From a virus (lineage: Duplodnaviria; Caudoviricetes): a stretch of DNA of 64,000 bases. The notes under the pieces are model-generated. The model worked only from the letters and a program-made list of their open reading frames with translations, made no database searches and was not told the DNA's origin. A program made the position numbers and the translations under genes. The stretch is from positions 363 through 64,362 of the IMG/VR virus record IMGVR_UViG_3300042896_000343; one strand, 5' to 3'. Shown here one piece after another: positions 7,096-16,872 of this stretch. Numbering within the stretch: the stretch's first letter is position 1; each line of letters starts with the position of its first letter.

Positions 7096-9683
7096 TGGCT
7101 ATAATTAGATACACGAAAGACGCAACTATTAGATATGCTTATCTTAACATTTTTCCAGATCAATTTAAAACAGAAAAAGAAAAATCAGATGAAGGGTATA
7201 TAAAAAATACTATGGATTACTTTGCTAACAAAGCATATGCAGAGTATATGAAAAACAGAGATACCTTTGTAAAAAACTATGATCTTTTAAAAGGGATTCT
7301 TAGAATGGAAGATTTTTACCAAGAACCTGAAGTTAAGTCTTTTACAGATATGTTAACTGCAGATATTGGTCTTCCTGCATATGTAAAACATTATTCTATA
7401 ATGACAACCCCTATTAATGAATTAGTAGGAGAACTTACAAAACGTCCTGATACTTACAGAACTAAAGCATTTGATGATGATAGTAAAGCAGAAGAACTAC
7501 AATTTAAAACAGATATTTTACAAAAATATGTTGTAGACCAAGCTAAAAGAAAAATATTAGAAAAAGCAAAAATATCAGGAGAAGAAATATCAGAAGAAGA
7601 TCTTAACACAATGACTATGGACCAAGTCAAAGATCAATTGGATTCATACACATCTGTTGCAGAAAAATGGTCTAATCATATTCTTACTTGTCAAAAAGCA
7701 GATTTTAATTTAAAAGAAAAAAGTGAAGATACTTTTAGAGATCTTCTTACTACATCAAGAGAGTATTACCATATTTATGAAGATAACTCAAAGGTAGGAT
7801 ATAATATTGCTGTAGCCAATCCAAAGAACACTTGGTTTTTAACTACTCCTGATAAAAAATGGATATCAGATCCATCAGGCAGAGCCCAAGGTGCATATGC
7901 TGCTGGTACAGTGGAAGTTATGGAATTATCCGAAATCATTGAAAGCATTCCAGACCTTACTAAAGATGAGATAGATCACTTACGTTCTTCTTTACAAGAT
8001 TATGGTTTAATAAATGTTAGAGAATCTAATCTTGGAAACCCTAATGCTGCAGATGGTATAGACTCTGTACAATATGATACTTATGATCCTTTGGTTTTAC
8101 AAACAAGAATGTTAGTAGAATCTGAAATGAAAGAAAACAATGATGGTCTTAAAGATTTTTTAGGGCTTACATCTAATGTTTCTTCTTTTGGTTATAAATA
8201 TGTTGTAGTTAGAAGTTATTGGTTATCTAAAAAGAAAATTGGAAAAGTAGTCTTTATAGATGAAATGGGAAATCAACAATCTTTATTAGTAGATGAAACT
8301 TATAAATCAGGAAATATTCCTACACAAATATCTTTAGAATGGGGATGGATGAATCAATGGTATCAAGGAACTAAAATTGGTCCAGATATTTATCATATGA
8401 AACCTTATAAACTTTTAAATTATTGTCCTATTATTGGTGTAGTACATGAAGTTAAAAATACAGAAGCTAGATCATTGGTAGATCTTATGAAACCTTTTCA
8501 AGTAATTTATAATATTTGTATGAATCAAATGTATAAGTTGTTAGAAAAAGAAATTGGTAATGTAGCTTCTATAAATATTAGAAGAGTACCTATTCCTAAA
8601 GATGGAGATGCAAGTGATGCTCTTGATATTTGGGAAATGGAAGCAAGAGAAAGAGGTATTATTTTTGATGATGATAGTCCTGAAAATACTAAAGCCCCTG
8701 TAAGCAATACTTCTGTAGCAAAAAATATTGACCTTACCCGTACAAATGAAATACAATCTAGATATAATTTAGCTGTACAAATAAAAGCAGAGTGTTGGGA
8801 GTTGATAGGTATGTCTAAACAACGTATGGGATCTGTTTCTGCTTCTGAATCAGCTACAGGTACTAATACTGCTATGCAACAAAGTTATGCTCAAACAGAG
8901 CCTTTATTTGTTGCACATGAATACGTGCTTGGACAATTATATCAAGCTATTATAGATGCTTCTTTATATATAGAAAGTTCAAAAGAAGAATCTACACTTT
9001 CATATATTACTAATGAAGGAGAATCTGCATTTGTTAAAATAAATGGAACTGATTTAAAGTTTAAAGATATAAAAGTATTTCCTACTAATAGACCAGAAGA
9101 TACTCAAATGTTTAATGAACTTAGACAGTTATCTCAAGCTATTATACAAAATGGAGGAACGTTATATGATGTTATTGAATTGTATAGTACTAAATCTATG
9201 AGAGCAATGAAAAAAACATTTAAAGATCTTAGAGATAGACAAATTGAACAACAAAATATTGCTAACCAACAAAAACAACAAGAACTTGAACAAGGTCAAC
9301 AAATTGCTCAAGCTAATTTAGAACAAGCTAAAACAATTGCTGCTGAAACCATTGCTAATGAAAATTATCAAGCTGAGTTAGAAAGAATTAACAAAAAAGA
9401 AATAGCAGTTATACAAGCATTAAGTAGAAATGAAAATGCCACAGCTGATACAGACAATTCTGGAGTAGCGGATGCATTAGAAATAACTAACATTGCAATG
9501 GAAGAAAATAGAGCACAACAAACGTTTCAAGCTAAAATGGCAGAAATTCAAAACAAAACTACAATGGAATCACAAAAAATGCAATTAGAAAGAGATAAAT
9601 TACAAGTTGAAAAATCTAATCAAGACAATGATCTTGCTATTGCAAAAATGAATGCTAAAGGAAGAAATAACAAAAAGAGTTAA
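7095..9683 (+). CDS. portal protein
   Basis: 862 aa after terL; SLVDLMKPFQ and IGMSKQRMG segments and a Q-rich coiled-coil C-terminal barrel; crAss-like order terL-portal-scaffold-MCP. Confidence 0.9.
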   Translation: MAIIRYTKDATIRYAYLNIFPDQFKTEKEKSDEGYIKNTMDYFANKAYAEYMKNRDTFVKNYDLLKGILRMEDFYQEPEVKSFTDMLTADIGLPAYVKHYSIMTTPINELVGELTKRPDTYRTKAFDDDSKAEELQFKTDILQKYVVDQAKRKILEKAKISGEEISEEDLNTMTMDQVKDQLDSYTSVAEKWSNHILTCQKADFNLKEKSEDTFRDLLTTSREYYHIYEDNSKVGYNIAVANPKNTWFLTTPDKKWISDPSGRAQGAYAAGTVEVMELSEIIESIPDLTKDEIDHLRSSLQDYGLINVRESNLGNPNAADGIDSVQYDTYDPLVLQTRMLVESEMKENNDGLKDFLGLTSNVSSFGYKYVVVRSYWLSKKKIGKVVFIDEMGNQQSLLVDETYKSGNIPTQISLEWGWMNQWYQGTKIGPDIYHMKPYKLLNYCPIIGVVHEVKNTEARSLVDLMKPFQVIYNICMNQMYKLLEKEIGNVASINIRRVPIPKDGDASDALDIWEMEARERGIIFDDDSPENTKAPVSNTSVAKNIDLTRTNEIQSRYNLAVQIKAECWELIGMSKQRMGSVSASESATGTNTAMQQSYAQTEPLFVAHEYVLGQLYQAIIDASLYIESSKEESTLSYITNEGESAFVKINGTDLKFKDIKVFPTNRPEDTQMFNELRQLSQAIIQNGGTLYDVIELYSTKSMRAMKKTFKDLRDRQIEQQNIANQQKQQELEQGQQIAQANLEQAKTIAAETIANENYQAELERINKKEIAVIQALSRNENATADTDNSGVADALEITNIAMEENRAQQTFQAKMAEIQNKTTMESQKMQLERDKLQVEKSNQDNDLAIAKMNAKGRNNKKS

Positions 9684-9718
9684 AAAAGTTTTAATAGTTT
9701 GGGGGATAAAAAAGTTTA

Positions 9719-9793
9719 ATGCTATATTATCAGAATAATTAGACTACATTCCCCTATAAAGCTTTGATATTAAATACTCTTATCATAATTTTA
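9719..9793 (+). promoter_or_regulatory. ATGCTATATTAT motif (copy 2) plus a sigmaA-like promoter for the capsid operon
   Basis: Motif at 9719-9730; TTTG(9763-9766)-N19-TAATTTTA(9786-9793), one mismatch to the -7 consensus. Confidence 0.55.
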
Positions 9794-9824
9794 CATCAAT
9801 AAACCAAATATAATACAACTACAT

Positions 9825-11063
9825 ATGGCTGATAATACAGATTTAACAGACAATTTTGGTATTTTAGATACTATGGATATGTCAAGAGGAAATATGGAAC
9901 TTATGGCAGACTTAATGTCTCCAGAAACTTCTACATCTAATCCTGATGAATTAAAAAACATTACTTCAGAAATTAAAGAAGATGTTGTTCCTGCTCCTGT
10001 TGCTCCTAAAGGAAAAGATATTACTCAAAAAAATGATGATGATTCTGAAGAAAAGAAAAATCAAAATTCATTATCTGATTTTTTAGGTGATAATGATGAT
10101 GAGGAAGAGGATGAGGAAGAAGTAAAAACTATTACAAAGAAACCAGAAGAATCTGAAGAAACTGAAGATGAGTCTGGATCTACTCAATTTTCTGCTTTAG
10201 CAAATGATTTATTAAAATTAGGAGTTTTTACAAAAGGAGATGATGATGATGATTCACCAATTTCTACTCCTGAAGAATTTTTAGAAAGATTTAATGCAGA
10301 AAAGAAAAAAGGTGCTATAGAAGTTGTTGATAACTTTATAGGACAATTTGGAGAAGATTATCAAAATGCGTTTGAAGCTATATTTGTAAAAGGAGCAGAT
10401 CCTAAAGAATATTTTGGTGCTTATAATAGTGTTGTTAATTTATCAGAATTAGATTTATCAGAAGAAAGTAATCAAGTTTCTATAATGAAAATGGCTTTAA
10501 CAGAACAAGGTTTTGATAAAGAAGATGTTGAAACAGAAATAGAAAGATTAAAGAATTATGGTGATCTTGAAACTGTAGCTGCAAAACATCAAAAAGTTTT
10601 AGTTAAAAAAGAAGCTGGAAAACTTCAAGAAATTGAAGCTAAAGCTGAAAAAGAATTACAAAATAAAACAGCTATTAAAAATCAATATGTAAATAATGTT
10701 AGATCTATCATTAATGATAAATTAAAAACTAGAGAATTTGATGGTATTCCTATCAATCCTAAAATAGCAGGAGAATTACAAGATTTTTTATTAGTAGATA
10801 AATATAAAACTGCAACAGGAGAAACTTTAACAGATTTTGATCGTGCAATTTTAGAAATGAAAAGACCTGAAAACCACGAAACAAAAGTTAAAGTGGCTTT
10901 GTTACTTAAAATTTTAGAAAAAGATCCTACATTATCAACCATACAAAAAACTGGTATTACAAAAAAATCAAATGATTTATTTGGAGAAGTAGCAAGACAA
11001 GTAACAAAAGATAAAACAACTAAGTCAAATACAAATGTAAAACCAAATTCTTGGTATTTATAA
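9825..11063 (+). CDS. putative capsid scaffolding protein (crAss gene 77-like)
   Basis: Highly acidic N-half, coiled-coil C-half, located between portal and MCP. Confidence 0.7.
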   Translation: MADNTDLTDNFGILDTMDMSRGNMELMADLMSPETSTSNPDELKNITSEIKEDVVPAPVAPKGKDITQKNDDDSEEKKNQNSLSDFLGDNDDEEEDEEEVKTITKKPEESEETEDESGSTQFSALANDLLKLGVFTKGDDDDDSPISTPEEFLERFNAEKKKGAIEVVDNFIGQFGEDYQNAFEAIFVKGADPKEYFGAYNSVVNLSELDLSEESNQVSIMKMALTEQGFDKEDVETEIERLKNYGDLETVAAKHQKVLVKKEAGKLQEIEAKAEKELQNKTAIKNQYVNNVRSIINDKLKTREFDGIPINPKIAGELQDFLLVDKYKTATGETLTDFDRAILEMKRPENHETKVKVALLLKILEKDPTLSTIQKTGITKKSNDLFGEVARQVTKDKTTKSNTNVKPNSWYL

Positions 11064-11099
11064 TAAGTAAAATTTAATTAATAATAAAACAAATAACAA

Positions 11100-12653
11100 A
11101 TGGCAATTCAAACAATTCCTGGGTTAACGGGTTTTAATTATGCTCGTGTAGCGTCTATGGACAAACGAGCAGTAGGAAAGCTTACAGACTCAAATCACTT
11201 AGAGTCATTTCACTCTACAGAACCTGCAGACTATGATAAAAAAATTATCAGTTTGTATACACAAAGTTCATTATATAGTAATGACTTTTTAGACATGATT
11301 AACAAAAGCACACCATTTTATATTGATAACAATAGTGATGCTTGGAAATGGAAAATTGCAGTTCCATATAAATTTCCAAAAATTATTGATATTCCTACAC
11401 AGACACAAGACTTAAACAAACCAGGTATTGATGGACAAGAATTTCAATTAGTATTAGATACTAATGAATTTTCTAAAAATGCTATTATTTCTGTAGGTTC
11501 TCGTCAGTATGGTCCAAGATTTTATGTAATCAAAGATCCATTACCTTGGAACGCAGGATATCTTTATAGCTTTACATTAGTAACGGATAACCCTACAGTT
11601 GATTTTGTTAGTTCTACATTTTTACAAGTAGGTCTTGAACTAGAATTAGTTGATGCAGCTATTGGTGAATTTGATCAAGACTTATTAGGTCTTCCAAGAT
11701 TAGGTGAAGAAATCACAATGTTTGAATCTTTAGGTTCTGCTTATGGTTACGAACACAAAATCACAGAATGGGCTGATGATAAAATGATGAGAGATGCTTC
11801 AGGTAATGCTCTAGATATTTTAGTATATGCTCCACAAAGACGTGGTCAATTACCTTTAACTCGTAATGATGTTAAATGGGAACCGTTTATTGAGTTCTGG
11901 ATGCGTAAATCTATGTTAGAATTAAAAGTTAAACGTATGATCTGGGCTAAACCTGGAACAGTTAAAACTAATGGTTCTAAACAAGAAGTTAAACGTACAT
12001 CTGCAGGTATTTACCACAGAATGCGTAACAATGGTAACTTGGTTCAATACAACCGTGGAGAATTTTCAGCTAACTTGATTCGTTCAGTATTTGGAGATCT
12101 TTTTTACAGAAGAGTGGATGTAAAAGACAGACGTGTTAAAATGTATACAAATGAAGCTGGTTTTGATGTATTCCAACAAGCTTTAAAAACAGATGCATTA
12201 AACTCTGGTCTTACATTTATGGCAGATTCTGGAAACAGATATTTACAAGGTGAAGGACAACATATTACTTACAACTTTGCATTTGATGCAATGGTAACAC
12301 GTGAGACTGGTCGTGTAGAATTAATTCACTTAAAAGAATTAGATTTACCACAAACTAATTTAGAGTTTGGACAAAACAAAAAATCAACTCCTGTATTTAT
12401 GGTGTTCGATGTTTCTCCAATGTCTGATGGTTCAATGATCAACAACATTCGTGAAGTAAGAATGAAAGGTGCTCCTTCTATGACATGGGGTTATATTGAT
12501 GGAACAAGACATCACTTAGGTTTTGCAAAATCTCAAGGTATGAGTTCTGCTAATAAATTCCCAGGTTATGAAATTTGGATGAAAGATAGATGTGATGTAT
12601 TTATTGAAGATTTGTCTCGTACAGTCTTGATTGAAGAAATCCCTCAATTTTAA
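11100..12653 (+). CDS. major capsid protein
   Basis: 517 aa; starts with crAss-like GKLTDSNHL; strong codon bias (cgt, tac, aac) suggests high expression; synteny. Confidence 0.92.
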   Translation: MAIQTIPGLTGFNYARVASMDKRAVGKLTDSNHLESFHSTEPADYDKKIISLYTQSSLYSNDFLDMINKSTPFYIDNNSDAWKWKIAVPYKFPKIIDIPTQTQDLNKPGIDGQEFQLVLDTNEFSKNAIISVGSRQYGPRFYVIKDPLPWNAGYLYSFTLVTDNPTVDFVSSTFLQVGLELELVDAAIGEFDQDLLGLPRLGEEITMFESLGSAYGYEHKITEWADDKMMRDASGNALDILVYAPQRRGQLPLTRNDVKWEPFIEFWMRKSMLELKVKRMIWAKPGTVKTNGSKQEVKRTSAGIYHRMRNNGNLVQYNRGEFSANLIRSVFGDLFYRRVDVKDRRVKMYTNEAGFDVFQQALKTDALNSGLTFMADSGNRYLQGEGQHITYNFAFDAMVTRETGRVELIHLKELDLPQTNLEFGQNKKSTPVFMVFDVSPMSDGSMINNIREVRMKGAPSMTWGYIDGTRHHLGFAKSQGMSSANKFPGYEIWMKDRCDVFIEDLSRTVLIEEIPQF

Positions 12654-12669
12654 TAAAATAAAAAATTCC

Positions 12670-12716
12670 GAGAAGAGTCCCCTCAAACCCCCTCCCTCCT
12701 AGAGGGGACAATTCTC
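12670..12716 (+). promoter_or_regulatory. stable stem-loop after MCP (mRNA stabiliser/attenuator)
   Basis: GAGAA-ga-GTCCCCTC ... GAGGGGAC-aa-TTCTC with a C-rich 17-nt loop. Confidence 0.6.
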
Positions 12717-12760
12717 AAATTTTATGGGTTTTTATGTTGTTCCCCTAATCAACATTAAAG

Positions 12761-12833
12761 TGCGTGATAGAGCAGTAGGTAGCTCGCTAGACTCATAATC
12801 TAGAGGTCATAGGTTCGAATCCTATTTACGCTA
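12761..12833 (+). tRNA. tRNA with CAT anticodon (Met; initiator-like body)
   Basis: Cloverleaf: acceptor TGCGTGA/TTACGCT, D-stem GAGC/GCTC, anticodon arm CTAGA-CTCATAA-TCTAG, T-arm ATAGG-TTCGAAT-CCTAT, discriminator A; no encoded CCA. Confidence 0.92.
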
Positions 12834-12866
12834 CTAAGTTTTAAACCAAGATTAAATAAACTACAT

Positions 12867-13835
12867 ATGGGCAAATTAGGAAAAATTTCTACTATTAAAA
12901 GAGAATATACAAGTTCTCAACTGCAAACAATGCAAAGTGGATTAGCAAATAAAGGATTAACAAGAGTTCCTGGAACAGGAGTTTTTAAATATCCTTATAA
13001 AGAATTAGATGGAAAATATAGAACAGGGTTAGATGTTGACGCTGCTTATATTAAAAGAATTCAAGATCCTACAGAAAAAGAACTAGAGTTAGAAAGAGTA
13101 TCATCTCTTCGTAAAAGACTTGAAGATTCTTTAGGAGGAATAGATTTAGGACCAAGATCTCCTTTTTGGAATTATGGTTTATCTACATCAGCAGAAGATC
13201 AAATGCATGTGCAAGCAGTGAAACTTTTAGATGGTGATAATTATTTCGATTTGTCTATACCATTTCAAGAATTAGCTTTTTCTTGGTTAAGAGTTCATCC
13301 AACAATTGCTTCTTCTTATCAAGCTTGGGAAAGAGGTGAATTTGCAGCAGATACACATTTTTATGTTGTTGATGATGAAATTGAAAATGCAATTGTTTAC
13401 AAGAAAAAACAATTAATTAATAAAGCTATTATTAATTTTGATGGAATGTCTCCTGAGAAAAAAAGAAAAGTAGCTCGTTTACTAGGATTACCTGTATCAG
13501 AAGATACAAAAGAAGATGTTGTGTATAATTTAGTAGATAACATGTTAAAACAAACTGAGTTTAAAAATGGAAAATATCAAGGATTAAATCCTGTAGAAGT
13601 TTTTGGAAGGTTTGCAAACATGAAAGAAAACTTATTACATATTAAAGATCTTGTAAAACAAGCTATTGCTCATTCAGTTTATAGATTAAAACCAAGTGGT
13701 AAAATTTATGAAGGAGAATTTGAAATTGCAGCAGATGAAGAAGCTTTAGTAATGTTTTTGGCTAATGATGATAATCAAGATGAATTATTAGTATTAGAAG
13801 GAAAATTAAAAACTAAAAAATTAGCTTCAGTATAA
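12867..13835 (+). CDS. conserved crAss-like virion protein (gene 75-like)
   Basis: 322 aa, first ORF after MCP; assignment by synteny. Confidence 0.65.
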   Translation: MGKLGKISTIKREYTSSQLQTMQSGLANKGLTRVPGTGVFKYPYKELDGKYRTGLDVDAAYIKRIQDPTEKELELERVSSLRKRLEDSLGGIDLGPRSPFWNYGLSTSAEDQMHVQAVKLLDGDNYFDLSIPFQELAFSWLRVHPTIASSYQAWERGEFAADTHFYVVDDEIENAIVYKKKQLINKAIINFDGMSPEKKRKVARLLGLPVSEDTKEDVVYNLVDNMLKQTEFKNGKYQGLNPVEVFGRFANMKENLLHIKDLVKQAIAHSVYRLKPSGKIYEGEFEIAADEEALVMFLANDDNQDELLVLEGKLKTKKLASV

Positions 13836-13854
13836 TAAGTATAATAAAAAGAAT

Positions 13855-14586
13855 ATGATACCAATAGATAGTTTATTGTATAAAATTGATCAGAGACTAA
13901 ATAAGCTATCAACTAATGAGCATCAACAAATACAACTAGAAGATAAAATTCTAGCTTTAAATGAAGCTCAAATTAAGTTGATAAAAAGTAAAGTGGATGG
14001 TATCGGAGCAATAACTAATATGGGTCTTGACTCCTTTAAAAAGAGATATGAAGATTTACAAAGTTTAATGGTTGATTATAACAACCAACCATTAGCTTTG
14101 TCTTTAGAAAATAAAGAATTAAATCAATGGTCTGCTAATTTACATACTCTTAAACCAGAGTATATGTTTTATGTAGATAGTTTTATTCTTGCTTCTAAAG
14201 GAAGATGTAAAGATAAAAAAGTATGGATTAATAGAGATCTTGCTAAACATGGAGATTTACAGTTTATTTTAAATAATGAACATTATAAACCTTCATTTGA
14301 ATATCAAGAAACTTTTAATGTATTATCTTCGGATAAAATAAGTGTCTTTACAGATGGAACATTTACTCCATCAAAAATATTTATAATGTATATGAGGTAT
14401 CCTAAATACATTAATAAAGAAGGATTTATTATGTTAGATGGTAATCCTTCAATAAATCAAGATTGTGAATTAGAATTGTATCTTGAAGATGAATTGCTAG
14501 ATCTTGCTGTGCAAAACTTAGCAATGTATACAGAAAATGAAAGTGCTGTTCAAAGTTCTCAATTTAGAATAAAAACAAATGAATAA
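13855..14586 (+). CDS. head-tail ring/adaptor protein (gene 74-like)
   Basis: LNEAQ near the N-terminus, YMRYP and CEL...DELLDLAV near the C-terminus, typical of crAss ring proteins. Confidence 0.7.
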   Translation: MIPIDSLLYKIDQRLNKLSTNEHQQIQLEDKILALNEAQIKLIKSKVDGIGAITNMGLDSFKKRYEDLQSLMVDYNNQPLALSLENKELNQWSANLHTLKPEYMFYVDSFILASKGRCKDKKVWINRDLAKHGDLQFILNNEHYKPSFEYQETFNVLSSDKISVFTDGTFTPSKIFIMYMRYPKYINKEGFIMLDGNPSINQDCELELYLEDELLDLAVQNLAMYTENESAVQSSQFRIKTNE

Positions 14587-14614
14587 ATTTTTTAATAATT
14601 TAAATAAATAACAA

Positions 14615-15790
14615 ATGAGTGATTTTTCGTTAACCACATTATTTGTGGTTCCAGTAGGGCAAACAACGCTTCCTAGCTCTGGTTCCACACAAGATTTGAC
14701 TGCAGGTCAAGTTGGTATTTTCAGAAATGACTATACCGTAGCAACAGCTGCTAATGTTGCTGCTGCTCCATATTTTTATGTTGCTCAAGGGAGAGCAAAT
14801 ACTTATTTACAAGGTTCTAAAAGATCTGATAAAATAAAAGGATGTCCATCAGGATCAGGATGTAACTCTAATGTAATTGAATGGTACAAAGTATCTGGTT
14901 GTGCTACACCTAGTGTACAAGTAACAGATGTTTCTGGATTCAATGCAACTTGTGGAGATAGTATTACAGTAACATTAAGAGGACATTCTAGTTATCTAGA
15001 CACACTTTATTTTAATGGATTTACACGTTCAGTAACTGTACAAGCACCATGTTGTGATTGTGGTGCAGATCCTTGTGTTAATGTTGATGTTCCTGCTTTG
15101 ATTGATAGTATTATTGCTAAATTTAATCAACAAGCTCCTGGATCTAACTTTGATAACATTACTTTTTCTGATTTTTATCAATTTCAAAGAATAGGAAATG
15201 ATGCAAATGCAATTCTTCGTATTTCTGGAAAAGCTTTAACTAAATATGGTCAACCATGTGATGTAGCTGCTTTCCCTTTTGAATATGATAGAATGTATTT
15301 TAGAACATTTGTATATTCTGGACCAGCTACTACTGCTGACTTTATTGTTGCAGATTCTTGTAATATTGTTGCTGAAGCTAATATAGTACAACGTGCGTCT
15401 TATGCTACAGGTACAGCTGCTGAAATTACGCAATTAGAGAAAAATTTCTACAGTTATCAAGCTGGATATTTGAAACACTTGTACAGAATGGCAGGTTACA
15501 ATCAAAATTTTGAAACTTGGGTAGCTGATGGTGTAACTTATGATACTTATTACATTAAATTTAATGAAATAAATAAAGGTGAGTATAACTATGGAGATTA
15601 TATTACACAAGATTCTACAGTTATTATAGCATCTCCAAATGCTACTACTAGTGGTATTGGTGCTTTAATTGAAGCTGTTTTAGAAGCAGGCCTTGGTACA
15701 GTTTTAGATAACAATGTTTGTATTACTACAACATCAACTACTACTATGTCAATTTCTACAACTACTACAACATCAACGTTGATACCGTAA
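14615..15790 (+). CDS. putative auxiliary capsid protein (gene 73-like) with poly-Thr C-terminal tail
   Basis: 391 aa, beta-rich, RSDKI motif, followed by a terminator; ends CITTTSTTTMSISTTTTTSTLIP. Confidence 0.65.
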   Translation: MSDFSLTTLFVVPVGQTTLPSSGSTQDLTAGQVGIFRNDYTVATAANVAAAPYFYVAQGRANTYLQGSKRSDKIKGCPSGSGCNSNVIEWYKVSGCATPSVQVTDVSGFNATCGDSITVTLRGHSSYLDTLYFNGFTRSVTVQAPCCDCGADPCVNVDVPALIDSIIAKFNQQAPGSNFDNITFSDFYQFQRIGNDANAILRISGKALTKYGQPCDVAAFPFEYDRMYFRTFVYSGPATTADFIVADSCNIVAEANIVQRASYATGTAAEITQLEKNFYSYQAGYLKHLYRMAGYNQNFETWVADGVTYDTYYIKFNEINKGEYNYGDYITQDSTVIIASPNATTSGIGALIEAVLEAGLGTVLDNNVCITTTSTTTMSISTTTTTSTLIP

Positions 15791-15814
15791 GAATAAAAAT
15801 TGTATAAACTTAAG

Positions 15815-15857
15815 TGCCAGAGGGTGAGAGGATTCTCATAATCCTCTGGCATTTTTT
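15815..15857 (+). terminator. intrinsic terminator
   Basis: TGCCAGAGG...CCTCTGGCA followed by TTTTTT; inner TGAGA/TCTCA hairpin. Confidence 0.8.
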
Positions 15858-15869
15858 ATTTAAAAAATT

Positions 15870-16433
15870 ATGGCTGCATTAAAATTAGATTTTCTAGTAG
15901 TACCTACATATAACACTTTAACTTTTGCAGTAGCGGATACTTCTACTTATCCTGATAATCCTCCTGTTGTAACTTCTCCTTCTTTAGAAATTAATATTCC
16001 TGGATTTGGTGTAGTTTATAAAAATTTTAATGTAGAAAATTTTACTATCATTAATTCATTTGATTTAGGATTATCATCAGAAGAGGAATTAATTACTATT
16101 CCTGATGGAATATACAGACTAACATACTCTATAGCTCCAGCATATGAAAACTATGTGTCAAAATCTATAATGCGTACAGACAAAATTCAAGAAAAGTTTG
16201 ATTCTGCTTTTATGCAATTAGATCTTATGGAGTGTGATCTTGCTTTAAAAAAACAATCTAGTGTTTACTTAAATACAGTTAACTTTTTAATTCAAGGGTC
16301 TATAGCAGCAGCTAATAACTGCTCTGAAACACAATCATATAAACTTTACCATCAAGCTAATAAAATGCTTGATAATTTTGTTAAAAATAATTGTGGATGT
16401 TATGGTAATAATTATAATTTAAACTTTTATTAA
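15870..16433 (+). CDS. virion structural protein (Ig-like N-half, helical C-half; tail hub-like)
   Basis: IPDGIYRLTY Ig-like signature followed by a helical Cys-containing region. Confidence 0.55.
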   Translation: MAALKLDFLVVPTYNTLTFAVADTSTYPDNPPVVTSPSLEINIPGFGVVYKNFNVENFTIINSFDLGLSSEEELITIPDGIYRLTYSIAPAYENYVSKSIMRTDKIQEKFDSAFMQLDLMECDLALKKQSSVYLNTVNFLIQGSIAAANNCSETQSYKLYHQANKMLDNFVKNNCGCYGNNYNLNFY

Positions 16434-16434
16434 A

Positions 16435-16560
16435 ATGGCAAAGTGTGCAAGTTGTGGAGCAAACGTAGGATGTTCTTGTAATTTAAATGGAGGATTATGC
16501 ACTTATTGTGCAGAAAAAGCTAAAAAAGAAAATATAGATGTTAACACCAAGACTAACTAA
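16435..16560 (+). CDS. 41-aa Cys-rich microprotein (not in ORF track)
   Basis: MAKCASCGANVGCSCNLNGGLCTYCAEKAKKENIDVNTKTN*; starts 1 nt after the upstream stop; CxxC-CxC-CxxC. Confidence 0.7.
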   Translation: MAKCASCGANVGCSCNLNGGLCTYCAEKAKKENIDVNTKTN

Positions 16561-16861
16561 TTGTAAAGATTGTTATGATATATTTCTTTTATTAAAAGAA
16601 ATAGATTGTAAATTATCTGAGTATAGTAATAATTTATACAATAATATTATTTTAATGTTAAACAATCCTGTCTATCAAGACAATATGTTTGCTTTAATTA
16701 CATATAGAAGAATATTAATGTTTAAATATACTAATTCAGAGTATGCTTGTAAATACACTTTACAAGAAATATCTAGTAGAATAAAAAGTCTTACATTAGG
16801 CTGTAAACCAAAATGTACTAATAAAATTACAACAACAACAACTACTACAAAAATAGTATAA
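16538..16861 (+). CDS. small structural protein with poly-Thr tail
   Basis: 107 aa, Cys-containing, ends KITTTTTTTKIV. Confidence 0.7.
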   Translation: MLTPRLTNCKDCYDIFLLLKEIDCKLSEYSNNLYNNIILMLNNPVYQDNMFALITYRRILMFKYTNSEYACKYTLQEISSRIKSLTLGCKPKCTNKITTTTTTTKIV

Positions 16862-16872
16862 AAATAAAATAT

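Noticed and set aside
5062-12653. Introns or inteins in terminase, portal or MCP
   Set aside because: The ORFs are continuous and of normal size; no intein C...HN motifs or LAGLIDADG inserts were seen.
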